Below the pieces are notes generated by a model. The model saw nothing but the letters and a program-made list of their open reading frames with translations, was not told the DNA's origin and made no database searches. From assembly GCF_964355755.1 (NCBI RefSeq), contig NC_092675.1, positions 25,950,912-26,014,911 of the forward strand: a DNA stretch of 64,000 nucleotides, written 5' to 3'. Of this stretch, positions 39,001 to 52,300 are shown piece by piece. The position numbers were made by a program, and so were the translations under genes. Positions within the stretch are counted from its first letter, which is position 1. Each line of letters opens with the position of its first letter. This DNA is from Antedon mediterranea (taxonomy: Eukaryota; Animalia; Echinodermata).

Positions 39001-42000
39001 CTCTGGGTCTTCCTATAAAACAAAAAACATACACAACTATAAAAATATAAAAGTATCTCGTTTAATAAAAATAATCGGTGTTTAAACGGTCTGATGCAGG
39101 TACTGTATCTTGTTAGTACAAATATTAATTGCTTCGTAGGAACTATTTATATTCTGGACAGCAATTTGACCTCCTGCTATGCTTCATTGCTTGTCAGATC
39201 TGAAAGGTCATGGTTTGTCTGGCCTAAGATGACCTAGGCAAAGTTTACAGCTTTTGCTTTCTGCAGAAGAAATCAATTATTTCAGGTGACGAATGATTGT
39301 ACACTGCATAGTTCATGAGAGGTCTTTTGTCATCCAATGAGAAGCATTCTAATATCGGTTTGAGTCTTCAGGAGGGTCCTGCGTAATCAAAACCATCGTT
39401 ATGCTATAGATACTACTCGCAGCAATCACTTGCAATTTGACATTTCTAGTGTAAAAAAACGAATTGAGTACCTTGCACAGTGAATCAAAGAAGCTCTGTA
39501 TTATTGAGATGTCATTTGTAACTAGTTCTGGCAGCCTCCTGAAATTATAGAAAATGATAGGTAAACTTTTAACTCAAATAGGTGTAATTTACTCTCTATT
39601 AATATTAAAACATATTTTCACATTTGACACTGCAAAGGCCAATTTACAGTAAACGGTAATTGTAAGCGGAAAGCCGCATGACTTGTCCCATTTACACAGT
39701 GCGCGGAGTTCATGAGCGGTGTGACGGAAAGTAGGTGCTTGTAGACCTTGAGACTACTGCATGTTGCAAGCACGGCGCTGGCTTGAACTAGTCTAATATG
39801 ACTGACTGTCAGTAGGCCTAGCATAGTAGCCTACCACATACAGGCCTACGTTTAGAAGGACTTGTTGTCTAATAACAGGTAACATAGAATTATTTCCTAA
39901 AATTATCTCCTAGAATTACCTTCTAGATTATCTTTCGAGACTTAACCTTTTATTATGGGTTGCTTTTAAACAGGAAAAACATATCACAAAATAGATTTAA
40001 TTATAAGAATTTCATTTTAATTACTTTTGCTTACTTTGATAATTTAGCTACTGCTGTGTAGGCCAGTCCTTTCTGTTTGCTTTTCTGTGGGAAATAAAGT
40101 ATTTTGTATGCATGTTAGTAATGTGAAATTATTTGTTTGTAACAAAAGCTGGATATAGATATAAACAATATTCTATATGTTTTTAATAGTTGTATATACT
40201 GTATATACTCACTGTGATAGTTTGTGTACCTTCTATCATCATTGGCATTAGTACTGGTCCCACAGTGTTCAAGCTCGCCTCACTGCTGTACGTGAACACA
40301 TGGTGTACAAACTGGAGGCCCATAAGTTTTAGTTTATCATGACTAGTTTCTCCACTAACACATTCAGAAATCACCTGTTTACAGTATCCAGTAAATACAA
40401 GATAAAAATTAAAAACTATAAACCCATTTTATATCTTTTCATATAAAAGGAAGATCAAAACAACATGGATGGCAAAAATCTAAAAGGAAACAGAACTTTT
40501 CACATGCGGACATATACACATGCTTGCTCAAAAATGTTCACAAATACTTGGCAAATGTCATTTATAATTTTTTGTGTGTAATTTTTGAATTGTAAATTAT
40601 TTTTAAAATGTTTACAGCGCTTTGGTCTTTGGAAAAAGTGCTATATAAATCACTATAATAATAATAATCTTCTTTATTCTGTATTTCAACTGAACAGTCA
40701 CTGACGGCCTGGTGTCCTCAATCATGAGGACGGTTAACATAACAAGTAAGTATCTAGCCTTTAGTAACTGATGAGTATGGTTGGTTGCTTCCCTTGACTT
40801 GAGTAGGTATGGGAACAACTTTAACTTGATTCTTGTTGCCACTGCTGGTCGTTTGTCATCAGCTGGCATGTTTTCCTGAAATAAAAGAAAATCCTTGAAA
40901 CATTAATCCTAATAAATACTGTAGTATATTATTACTGAAAAAAGATATAAATAGATTCAGATTCGAAACAGATAAATAAACAAATAGAATAAACAAATAA
41001 GAGTGTATTTACCACTTTTGTTGTAACTTCATTGCCAAGAAATAAAGTGTAAAGCTGATCTATCACTTCAGAATCATTCCAGTCTACCTCACTAAAAATA
41101 AATAATAATATGATAAAAATTGGTGTCAAAATATAAATAAAAATTGAATTGAAAATTCAAAAGAAGTAGAACATTTTGTACCATTTATGTTCCAGTCTTC
41201 CGTAACAGAAAAAAGATAAAAAGAAATTTAAAAACAAGTTGAACATTTTTGATATTGTATTCCTATTTTCATGCTTACCTCTGAAATCGTTTAATTAAAA
41301 TTTCTGCCCCTGTTACTACTCTGAAAACAAAATTAGAGAGCATAAATCAAATTATGAAAAAAACCAATTTAATAAATTTACCATTGCAATCTACCAAATT
41401 AAAAAAATAGTTATTAATTGTTTTTAAAACAGAGAAATGGTTATGGTAATCTGGCAACTGAGGAGTAAAAGTATTAAAAGCTAACAAATATTTTTAAAAT
41501 CCACTCAGAACATAGAGATAATGTTATAAATACTAGAGGGACAACTAAGTGGCAATGAAGCTAGGTGGTAATTAGGAGGTCTAACATGGCTGTCATCTGG
41601 CACATCTAAGTGCCCATTAACTGCATGGTAGCATATACATTGTGGCTCACGTTTTGAGCTTTGCTTATTATAAGTTGTAGGTCTATACCAAGGTCTCTGT
41701 GAATTTACTCACTTGTAACGAGTGTCTGCTGTAGCCACAATCAAATGGCAAATCACATCTTTCTCTGGCAGGATATCTGCACTTAAAAATTTGACAATAC
41801 CAACTTTCCGCTAGAAAAGCAAATTGATTATAGTTGTTTTAGTATATGGAAGTAAAGGTACCGTAGGAAAATGTGAAAATAAAGCAATGTCTAACATTTT
41901 TCTGGGCCCCATTGATGTTTTCAAGTCTGATATTGTCATAAGTAGAGAAAAACTAGTTTTTGATGCATTTTGAACATTTGTATGCAAAGTTCCTAAAAGC

Positions 42001-45000
42001 ATAAATTAAAAAGTTTGGATTTCTAAAGATTTCCAGCAAATGGTGTCAGCCAAAAAAGTATTATTAAAACAAACTACCAATTCAATATCCTGACCATCTG
42101 GAATACGATCTCCAATCACTTTCTTGAGTGAATTGACACTTAGGCCTGGTGGGACATTCAGTTTTACAGTGTTGGTAGCCTCTCCAGCAGTAGCTGAGGC
42201 AGGTCTTACTGGTTCAACCACACCACCTGTAGATGTTACTGGTACTAAACTGTAAAGTAACCAAATGATTAATGGTTATACACACATAATGTTTTAAAGT
42301 AAACTGAACTGTTGCTGCTGGTAAAGTCTTTTAACTCTCAGGTTAAACAAATAACAATTATTTTTTGTTGAAGTGACAAATCGCAACTAACAACATGGTT
42401 CTCATCAGCACATTAATTATGAACCACTTCTAGGGATGATGGCCAAATTGTGACAGAAAACTACATAATTTTTATAGAACAATAAACATAATAAATTAGA
42501 TTAAACAATGGCATAAAAACAAAAAAAATAAAATGTTACCAGTCATCTTACCTGAATGTGTATGGCAATAAAAGATAGTCAAACATGAAATCCAGCATTA
42601 GTTTGGAAACCTCTGGTTTTCCCGATACCGGAAATAGAGCCTTCTTCTTGTCAACGTCTCTAGGCATCTCAATATTTGGCAATGCTGATACAATCATTTG
42701 CATAAGGCTGGAAAAATAATTTAAACAATAATTAATCAAAATCTAGTATTCAACTTTAAATACCAAAATCGGATTTGGGCTGGGGTTGTGTCTGGAAGTT
42801 AGAATGTGTTTAGTGTCTCATATCCACCTGTAGTATATTCAATTAATAAATTATGGTTGGTTGAAATAAATTGTGTACTTACAGATGTTGCTGGTGAGTT
42901 GGTTTATTATCTAAGCACTGGATAAGAGAGCTCACAAGAGCACCTTTTTTCTCATTTTGTAAACGACTGTAACCATCTTTTAAATACATAATTGTAAAAT
43001 TCTGTAAACAAAAATCAACTTAATTAAATACAGTATTTGTATTATATATGGTTAAAACTAATTTGTAATACTAATAATATTAAATTATTTCAGGATATAA
43101 ATTGCGGTGTACCACAGGGTTCAATTCTGGGGCCTCTACTTTTTATTTTGTACATTAACGATGTATTTAATTGCTCAAACTCGTTATCTTTTGTTTTATT
43201 TGCTGACGACACAAACATATCTGCATCTCACGAAAACTTGGATACGCTCATAGAACTAGTTAATGGTGAACTAAAAAATGTTTCGGATTGGTTCATGTGC
43301 AATAAACTATCAATTAACGTTAAAAAAACTAATTACATAATTTTCCGCAATCAGCGAAATCCAAGTAATTTAGAGAATGTAAATATTTATGTCAACAATA
43401 AAAGAATAGATAGAGTTAAATCGACTAAATTCCTTGGAGTACATATTGATGAATTTCTCACATATAAAAACCACATCAATGTTACAGCTAGGAAAAAAAA
43501 AAAAAAAAATATCTCGATATGTAGGCATACTATATAAAGTAAGACATTTTTTACCAACCTATGCTCTCTGGACAATATACAAATCACTCATTGAACCAGT
43601 ATTAAATTATTGCAACATAATATGGTGTAGCACATTTCCAAGTTATTTAGATGAGTTATTTAAACTCCAGAAAATGGCATTACGAGCTATAACATGGTCA
43701 AAGTTTAATGATTCAATGACTGAATGTTTCTATAAATTTAAACTTCTTAAAATTGCGGATATCAATAAGTACCAAATTGGGCTTTTCATGTATAATGTTA
43801 CTACTAATCAGGATGTGCGTTTTTCATCGCTCTTTATTAAAAATGGTTCTTACCATAATTATAATACAAGATCTAAAGACAAAATGAGACTCAGAAAACG
43901 TAATCGTACTTCTACTAGTTTTACTGTGTCATGTGTGGGACCCAAATTGTGGAATGACTTGAATTACGAACTACAAAGTACCAAATCAATATATATATTT
44001 AAATCATTGTTTAAAGAACATTTATTATCATTTTACAAATAATTTTAAAAATAATACTTGTTGCAGGATTTAGCTTTTTTTATTATTTATGTTTTAGTTT
44101 TTAGGCTAGTTTTTAGGGACATAGGGGGACACAACTAATCAAGCTCTTTTGAGTTTTTATGTGTTTCCTTTTCATCTTTTTTATGTTCTCATATATTGTT
44201 GTTGTATATTTTCATGATTGAGGATGAATAAAGAATATTTGAATTTGAATATATATCAATAATATTACTAAAGACAATTCTAGAGTCATATCTTTTGAGG
44301 CTTTATTCATTCAATAAGATTATGTTATTACATTATTAATAAATAAAATAATTAAGAAAATAATTCAAATTGAATTTATTAACCATTAATGGGATCATTT
44401 CTAGAAATAACTCTTTGCCATCTACCCAACACTGCACTTCGTAAACAAACAGTAAAATAAATGGTCACAACTGATTATTGTTATTGCTATACAAGAAGGC
44501 ATCTTTTAAAAAACGATTGAGTAATTATTGATTTACTTAAAAACAGAAACACTTACTGTCACAAAAGAGGTGTTAGCTGGATCCTTATACTGATTAAGTA
44601 ATGACTCCATTGGTAACTGAACCTGTGGCCTGCTCTTTAACCGTTTATTGATATGTGCCAATAACTGTATAACCTGTGGAAATACATATAAAAAAAGATT
44701 GACTTTTATTGAATAGATTTTTATGTAAAGATATAAAGATATAATAACAATGTTGGTGTTCAGAATTTGTTTTGTTTTAATGTGGATGGATGTATAGTTG
44801 AATATTTTTTTGAGTATTAATCTTCAATTACATTATACATTTTCTAAAATACTTTCTTTCAGAATATGTAATCTATGGTTATTGTTATTAAACACGACAT
44901 TTGACTTCGTTTTACACAGCACCAAATATTTATTTACCTTCTTGCGGACTCCAGCATGCTTACTTGCTAGTTTAAGTAAAACCGGTGGTAAAAATCTGTT

Positions 45001-45659
45001 AATAAACTTCTCCAATTCTTCATCCGATGTAACAGACCCAACACGTAGAAACACACGCTCTAATAATGCTATAAAAATAAATCATAATGTATTATTTTTT
45101 ATTTAATATATGAAAACACTATATAGTACTCAGACATTGTATTTTCTGAATATGTATTCCATTATATGTATTGTATCAGGATTTGTTTGTGCAATTTAAA
45201 TTTGTACACGGGTTCATTACCTTTTGCAATTATAATTGTGCATGTTTTGTTAATTAATCAAATTCAAATCGCACTGCACAATTTGAATACAAAGAGCTAT
45301 AATGTTAAATTGTTCGTCCAGCAGGCAGGGCAGGCGTAGCGAGTACACAATAGTAGTAGGCCGGTCTAACCTCTAGCCTAGCCCCTAGTTACTAGGGCCT
45401 AGTTAGGCCTACAGGTCTACTACTACTCTGAGGCATAGGCCTACTGTGTACTAGGCCCTACTAGCTAGCTAGCCTAGTAGTTAAGTTAGGCCTAGGCTAG
45501 GGCCTAGCTAGCTAGGCCTAGGAGTTATGTAGGCCCAGCCAGAGAGAGGCTATAGCTAGAGTAACAAGTAAGGTCTCCAAACTAGGCCTAAGCCTAATTA
45601 ATGCATTTCATAAACGTACAAAAATACTCCTACTTACCTAATTCATCTTGCGCGTTCAT
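24055..45659 (-). CDS. ECPAS: Proteasome adapter and scaffold protein ECM29 (HEAT-repeat), full-length multi-exon gene
   Basis: Start exon MNAQDEL (45659-45638), then LERVFLR...[11 protein letters not shown]...VRKK. Further motifs: [47 protein letters not shown]...[32 protein letters not shown]. Stop at 24055. Confidence 0.96.
29655..30473 (-). mobile_element. Non-autonomous Helentron/DINE-like (HINE) element with GTCT/GTCG microsatellites
   Basis: T-run termini and subterminal inverted repeats AGTCGCGTG / CACGCGACT. It carries two copies of CATAGTGATACCGGACC(GACA/GACC)n CATAGTGAACTATA and is CpG-rich relative to its flanks. Confidence 0.7.
43085..44250 (+). mobile_element. 5'-truncated non-LTR retrotransposon (CR1/L2-like RT C-terminus) in an ECM29 intron, antisense to the host
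   Basis: RT motifs [43 protein letters not shown] and GPKLWNDL. There is a frameshift at the A-run ~43493-43509. The 3' UTR ends AATAAA...(TTTGAA)2. Confidence 0.9.
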
Positions 45660-46128
45660 ATTATTATTTTTTGTCTTTCTTTCCAAAAAAGAAATGAGGA
45701 GTTTTAAAAGTGTGACATAGCAGAAAAAACGTCTGCTCTAATTCTAAGGCAACATATTGGAAAAGTGTATGTAAATAAATCTATAATATGTTTTAGTAAA
45801 TAAATTAATAGCATCAATTACTTACAAAATATTTATACATTATAAAATAATAAATTTGTTATATTTTGTATTTTTATTTATCATTTAAAACATAATTTTA
45901 TAATTTAAAATATATAGTTTTATGTATGAAAAGAACTTAAGTCATGCTTGAACAAGCATGACACATAACAAAGAAAAAGGGTCACAAGACACAAGACAGT
46001 AGTCCGAGACGACATTTTTACGCCAACGTAAAATTACTACGGAAATTATCAAATTATTTAAGGAAGACACATGAGTAGATACAGTCGTATTTGTGTATCT
46101 GTTCGCGATCATTACAATACAGACGACG
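45660..46128. promoter_or_regulatory. Probable bidirectional promoter of ECM29 and mucolipin, including a non-coding first mucolipin exon
   Basis: The ECM29 ATG is at 45659 (-). A strong + strand donor acg|gtgagt at 46128/46129 follows a locally CpG-richer stretch. The first coding mucolipin exon starts at an acceptor (49364). Confidence 0.55.
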
Positions 46129-48255
46129 GTGAGTCTTTGTTTATTATCAAATGTTTTTAGCCTAAATTATTAGGTCCTATTCAGGCTAGCTTGGCTAGCC
46201 TACTAGCTAGGACTAGCTAGGTAGGCCTAGGCCTAGAGGCCTAGCTAGGCCATCTTCTACTTACACTTACAGTAACTCCGTGTTTAAACGTCATCTTTCG
46301 TAGAAGGCTAGGCCTAGCGGCATTGATTGGTATGTAGCTATACCATCGTCCATATGGAATGGGAAAATTGTTCCCTATAGGCCTAGGCCTAGTAATAATG
46401 TAATTTTTAGCTGTAATTTTTTTATAACAATCTGAATTTTATGCCTGCCGATAATGATATGTTTTTTTCTACCCTTTACCTATTTGTTGTCTTGTTTTGC
46501 CCTGCATATGCTTGGTCCCCCATGCTGTGACCCAGGATGCTTGTTACATTTTTTGTTTTTATTTGAAATGAAAGATGATTTTATATTCTGTATAAACAAT
46601 ATTTTCATACATTTCTTGGATTCTGATGATAATTAATAATCCTTTCTTTGTACTAATATTTCACTGACATTGTTTGTACAGTGTATTACAGTACATGCTT
46701 TGCCCAGGTGAAAATAAAATCCCATTGTTTAAAGTTTGACACATGACTGTTAATCAATCTTTTGTCAGCCAGGTCAGACCTCTTATCATTTATGAATGGT
46801 TACCCTATCTTGTTTATCTAATCTTGTACTTTGTACTAATTGCATGTACACCATTTTTGATAAACTAAAATAGAAAAAAACAGATTTTAAATGATAATAG
46901 AAATAGAAACAAAATATAACTTTCTATTGACTTATAAATATAAAGAATATTAGGAGTATTGAGGATACTACTGTAGTACTTAACTGTAGAAATGAAACAG
47001 GTTTATTCAACTTTTATTTTTAGACAATCTGTCTGATACATATTACAAAAATAAAAACATGTTGGTTTCTGTAACAACCATCGACAAATAGCACGAAGTA
47101 GAGAGGACCGTTGACAGTAAATGCCTCTCTCTATAATACATGCTGGAATCCATCAAGATACATATTATATTTAAAAAATTTTATCATTTTGTTTTTTACT
47201 ATTCTGTCAAGAAAACCAAAGATAGAAACCATGTATGACTAATAGGTAAAAAATTTAGGGATTTTTTTGTGTCTTATTTTTGACATTTTTAACTTTAGTT
47301 TTTTGTTTTTTTTATTAAACATCAAATCTAATTTAAGAAAAATTGTTATGCTATGTATATTTATAGTGAACATCTTTCTTTAATTTGTGTTGATGCTGTA
47401 TAGAAATAAAAGTCCTTTAGACACATTTTAAATTACATTTTTTTTACTGTGTACTGTACATAATTATTTTGGACAAAACTGGTTATTTTTTTCATTGTTA
47501 AACATCATCTAATATTAGGAATAAATTTTATTCTATGTTTTTTTATATATTGTAATTTTATCTTTAATAGGTTTGCACACTTTAGTAGAAATATTAAACA
47601 ATCTAATATAGTTTGTTTTGTTTTACTGTAGTAACACTAAAAGGCTCAACTTTCCTTCCCTTCGCAAATTTGATATTAGCGAATATGCTAAAAATAGAAA
47701 GAAATGAAATGTTGGTAGAAATAGGATACCTCTTAATGTTAAAATATCCAAAATAGAAACAATTTTATACAGTACAAGGAAATTGCTTCACATTTGGACA
47801 TTATAAGTATCTACTTTGGCTTTCGAGAATTGTAGGAGTTTGATTGAACAATTTGATAACATTTCCTGTAGCTTCAAATAACACTTAATTTGTGGGTTTA
47901 ATGTTTAGAAAGCAAAAACAAACAACACCATGCATTGTGCCCTTGTGTTGACATACAGTTCAGATTGGTAGTGTGCTGTATGTCATTCTGTCATGTATTT
48001 TAAGTGTATTAAAAAGCTATATTTACTATACAATTTCTACAGTACTGTACAGAGTAGTACTGTACAGTGGTACTGATCGTAACAGTGTAACCATTGTTTG
48101 ATATCCCTATAGTATCGCCCACACTATGTGGGAACAATTACTGAAGATTTTGTAATAACTTAATGTGCACTGAACAGATACTTTTACATAATTTTTTATT
48201 TTTGGATGCAGAAGGCTACAAAACAGCTTTTGCAAAACTAGCCTACCTCCTGTAC

Positions 48256-49135
48256 CAGGGCTCGAAATTCACGCTAGCAAACTAGCATTTTGCTAGTAGA
48301 TTCTTGATAATTGCTAGTTGAAAATTTCAAAACTAGCAAATGTTTGCTAGTGTAATTTTTGAAAAAATACGTACTTTTTAGCTTAGCCACGCTAGCCGCA
48401 AATCGCTATGTCGACAACGGCTAATAGGAACCAATTTGGTGAAAACAATTGTTTCATTTACACGCCGCCAATTTACGTCAAGGAAACGCGAATAGCACCG
48501 TGAATCATGTGGTAGCATAGTTGTTAACGATGTGCATTATAAACAGCAAGCTTTTCCCCAACACAAAAGCATGTGCATTTAGTACGTCGCTAAGGATTAC
48601 ATCATCAGTCACGTGATTACAGAATACTCGATTATCAATTTAAGGATTTAACAAAATAAATATTTTGCCTACACAGTGGTCGAAGCGCGTATTTAATAGA
48701 TTCGTAAATAGTAAACACCCCCCCACAGTTTTGTCATCGGCAATAATATTTTATACATAGGCCTAGTCAATTTTATTCCGCTTCAAATTAAAAGTTTGAT
48801 GTTTCGACCTAAAAAAAAGTGGGCCGAAACATCTCGGGACGAATCGTCCATAGGCCGAAACGCCCTTGATTTGGCTAGCATGAAAGCATGTCTTGATCTT
48901 TTTTTAATTTGGCTAAAAAGGGTACTACTACTACTACAGCTTTGCCTAGCTAGCTAGGCCTACACCTAAAAGCTAGGCCTAGGTCTACACCTAACTAAAT
49001 TCAGATTTGTGTAGAATTTAACTATTTTACCGAAAAAAAATTGTGATTGCTAGTTATGCTGCTGATTTTGCTAGTTAATTTTTTTACAACTAGCAAACTT
49101 TGCTAGTCGAAAAAAAAAGTAAATTTCGAGCCCTG
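48256..49135. mobile_element. Non-autonomous hAT-like DNA transposon with a 5-bp TSD
   Basis: Perfect 14-bp TIRs CAGGGCTCGAAATT / AATTTCGAGCCCTG, TGTAC on both flanks, and repeated subterminal TTTGCTAG/CTAGCAAA motifs. Confidence 0.85.
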
Positions 49136-49378
49136 TGTACTGAAGTGGTTATAGGATTTGTACCAGTAACTTTAAACAAATTAATATATACCATCTTCTC
49201 TACTGTAAATGATACCTTTAATAGTAATTCTCTAAAATTACAAGGTCTTTTGAGGAGCGGAGAAAGAGCACCATCTAGAGTGGTTTGTCAAGTTGTTGAG
49301 TTGAGGATTCTTTTAAAGGGTTTTAAAGAAGTTTATACATTATGTGTTTTATATTTTCATACAGAACTACCAGATATT

Positions 49379-52300
49379 ATGGATACCAGCAGAAGCGTCA
49401 CTGCGACAACCCGCTCAAGGGCAAACACTTATGAAAACCCACCTCAAAACGGCACTTTAAATTGTACTTATTTTGAGGGACATTCAAATGAGGTGGAATG
49501 CTTTCGACGCATGTTAAAGTACTTTTTTATGAACACATGGCAAAAGTATAAAGCAAAAGGAAGGAAACCATGGAAACTCGGTGTTCAATTATTAAAGATA
49601 ATATTTGTGACAGTTCAAGTAGGTTTTAACAATTTATATGTTTTTCTTACAGTACATACAGTATTCATATTTCTTTTCTTAGTTGTAATAATATATTGCA
49701 ATCATATGTTTAAGTGGTTATCATCTCTTCATAAAATGAGTTTCATTTTACAGAAGTACATTTTCTTAAAATGTTCATATTAATAAAGGGGATTCTGTTA
49801 CAAGATCATGTGATTACTTTTATACAGTACAAAACAGTACTTTGGATGATGCTTTCTGTCACTGTTTATTGACCTAGCTGTGAGGTTAACACCTACAGTA
49901 AATGTATTATTCATTCTGGTGATGGATACCAATATCGGATTAAATTCATTGTCACGTTTGTCACTTATTGTCACATGTTCAGTACAGTAAACATGCAATG
50001 AATCATTTGTCCACTGTCTCTCTGAAAACTCTCCTAAAATCAGATTTTTTTTTAGTTCCAAATCTTCCCATTTTCTTTTTTACCATTAAAAATATTCAGA
50101 ATAGAATTGACTTTTCCAAAGCCCTGCCATATTAGGTTAGCATAACAGTGTCTGGTATAGGGAAAGTTGACTGTAAATAGTTTTATTTACCTGTATTTGC
50201 TGTGTTAGCCTATTATCTAAAATTATATTGATTGAGGCAGGCAGCAGTCTGTACAAAGAGTTCAAAAGGATACCAAATTGAAAAAAAAACTGGTTTGCAT
50301 TCTTCAAACGTCTATTCTCAGTTTTTTTTTTTCAGCTATGCTTGTTTGGCTACAATCAATTCTCTCTTGTGACGTTCTTGGAAGGAAACCAATGGGCGTT
50401 TGAACACATGTTTATGTTGAAGTGGGACAATGCATATGATTCTTTTGCCTATCCGAATACTCGTAATCTTTATGCTATATACGAGAAAAAAGAATTTTAT
50501 GATCACGTGGATCATGCAGTGAATCAGGTATAGTAATGAATCCAAATGAACAAAAAAATAATATATTCACTAGAGGGCGATCTATTTGAAACTTACTGTG
50601 TAGAAAATAAATGAATACAAATTTTGGTAAATTAATCAAAACTAACTTTTTTAAAGAACTAACTGTACCACACTTTATACCATACGTTTTTAAATGGAAT
50701 AAACTTTGTATACTTTGTCAGAAAAGAAAGTGCCACTGTCTGATATAAATCTGTTGCAACCATTTTTTTTCTGCTATTACATTAAGAAAAACACTGAAAT
50801 ACCAGGGGCGGATCCAGCATTATAGATTCATAAATAATTATTTTAAAAAGCATGGTTAGCCCCCACCTTAATCTGCGCCTGAATTTGAAACAATCTCCTT
50901 TTCACATATCACAAAGCTGTGAAAATGAATGAAACATACAGTATGAAAAATAAAATAATATTTGTGAATAGTTTGTAAACTCTGGCTTCCTGCTACTAAA
51001 ACACATTTCTAGTACAAATTTCAATTGTCCTTTCTCGGGTATCATCGCAGGAAATGTCTAGATTAAGCTTAGTAACCACAGCATAATGTACAGTACTCTA
51101 CACTTTATAGTAACAGGTCAAAGTACATGCACTCGTCAGGCATTAAACTGCAGTATAATGATCTCTTTATTTAAATACAATAACATTACAACCTGGTTAT
51201 TCTTGATGATGTATGTATGGTAATTTCATCAAGGGATGCATAAGGACAGTAGTATGGACATTAGTATATACACGTTATAGTACTGATACTGAGCCATAGT
51301 ACAACCTCTCTTTGCTGAATATAATCATTGTATTTAACAGTTATTAATTCATTAATTAATTCTCTTTTAAAACTCTAGTTTGCCAAGCTAGAAGATCTTG
51401 CTATAGGATCGTATGAGTATGTGGATAATTCCACTGAACACCATCAGGTAGACATTTGCCAGACATATTATGCCAACATTACTGCATCTGAAAATACATA
51501 TTCTGTAGACCTAACAAAAAAAACAGGTAAGTAAAATTGCATTTTTATTGTATTTTACCGTAATAATAGAAATATTTTTGTGTTTTTTTTATCTAAAAAA
51601 TGTAAATAAAATTTCTTAATTATAAAATGATTGAAGAAACTTATCTATATATGTATTTCAATATTTATAAAAATTAAACAAATTATAACTGTATTGGTAA
51701 TATTCTTTGTACAATGAAATAAAGTTCAAATGATAAACTTAAACTGGAATAAATCACTGTGCTCTAATTTTATTTATTTTTTAATTTCAGAGTGTTGGCA
51801 AATTAAGGTTGATACTGCATCAAACTTCTCTTTTTTAGAATATCTGAGAAATCATAATGAACCAGAAATTAACTTTGACAGGTACTGTATAAGAATTTCA
51901 AAAGATTTATAAACTTTAGTAAAAATGTGAAAAAGAAAAAAGAAACTCACAATAATTTAATTAAAGTAGGACTATTTATAGGTACTGTATTATATAATAA
52001 AAATGTTTATGCATTGAGAATGCATTTCACCATGTGCATCTAGCCTAAAAATGAAAACTCCTCATTTAACCCTCATGCATGGGCCTTTATTTTGTACCTG
52101 AATTGGAAAATTCCTAGCAGAGTACTATAATCTAGCTCATGTGCACTTTAAAGAACCTAATACATTATTCAAAACGAGTAAGGGTTTACCCTGGTGTATT
52201 ACATTACAAGATACAACCAAACTACACATTATTAACAAATCACACCTTAGGAGTTATTTATCTTCAATACTTTTTTATAATTTAAAAAAATGTATTGTGC

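Noticed and set aside
39150-39440. Coding-like relic in an ECM29 intron (similar case at ~28190-28460)
   Set aside because: The frames I translated (minus strand) contain multiple stops and no recognisable motif. A tblastx search would be needed.
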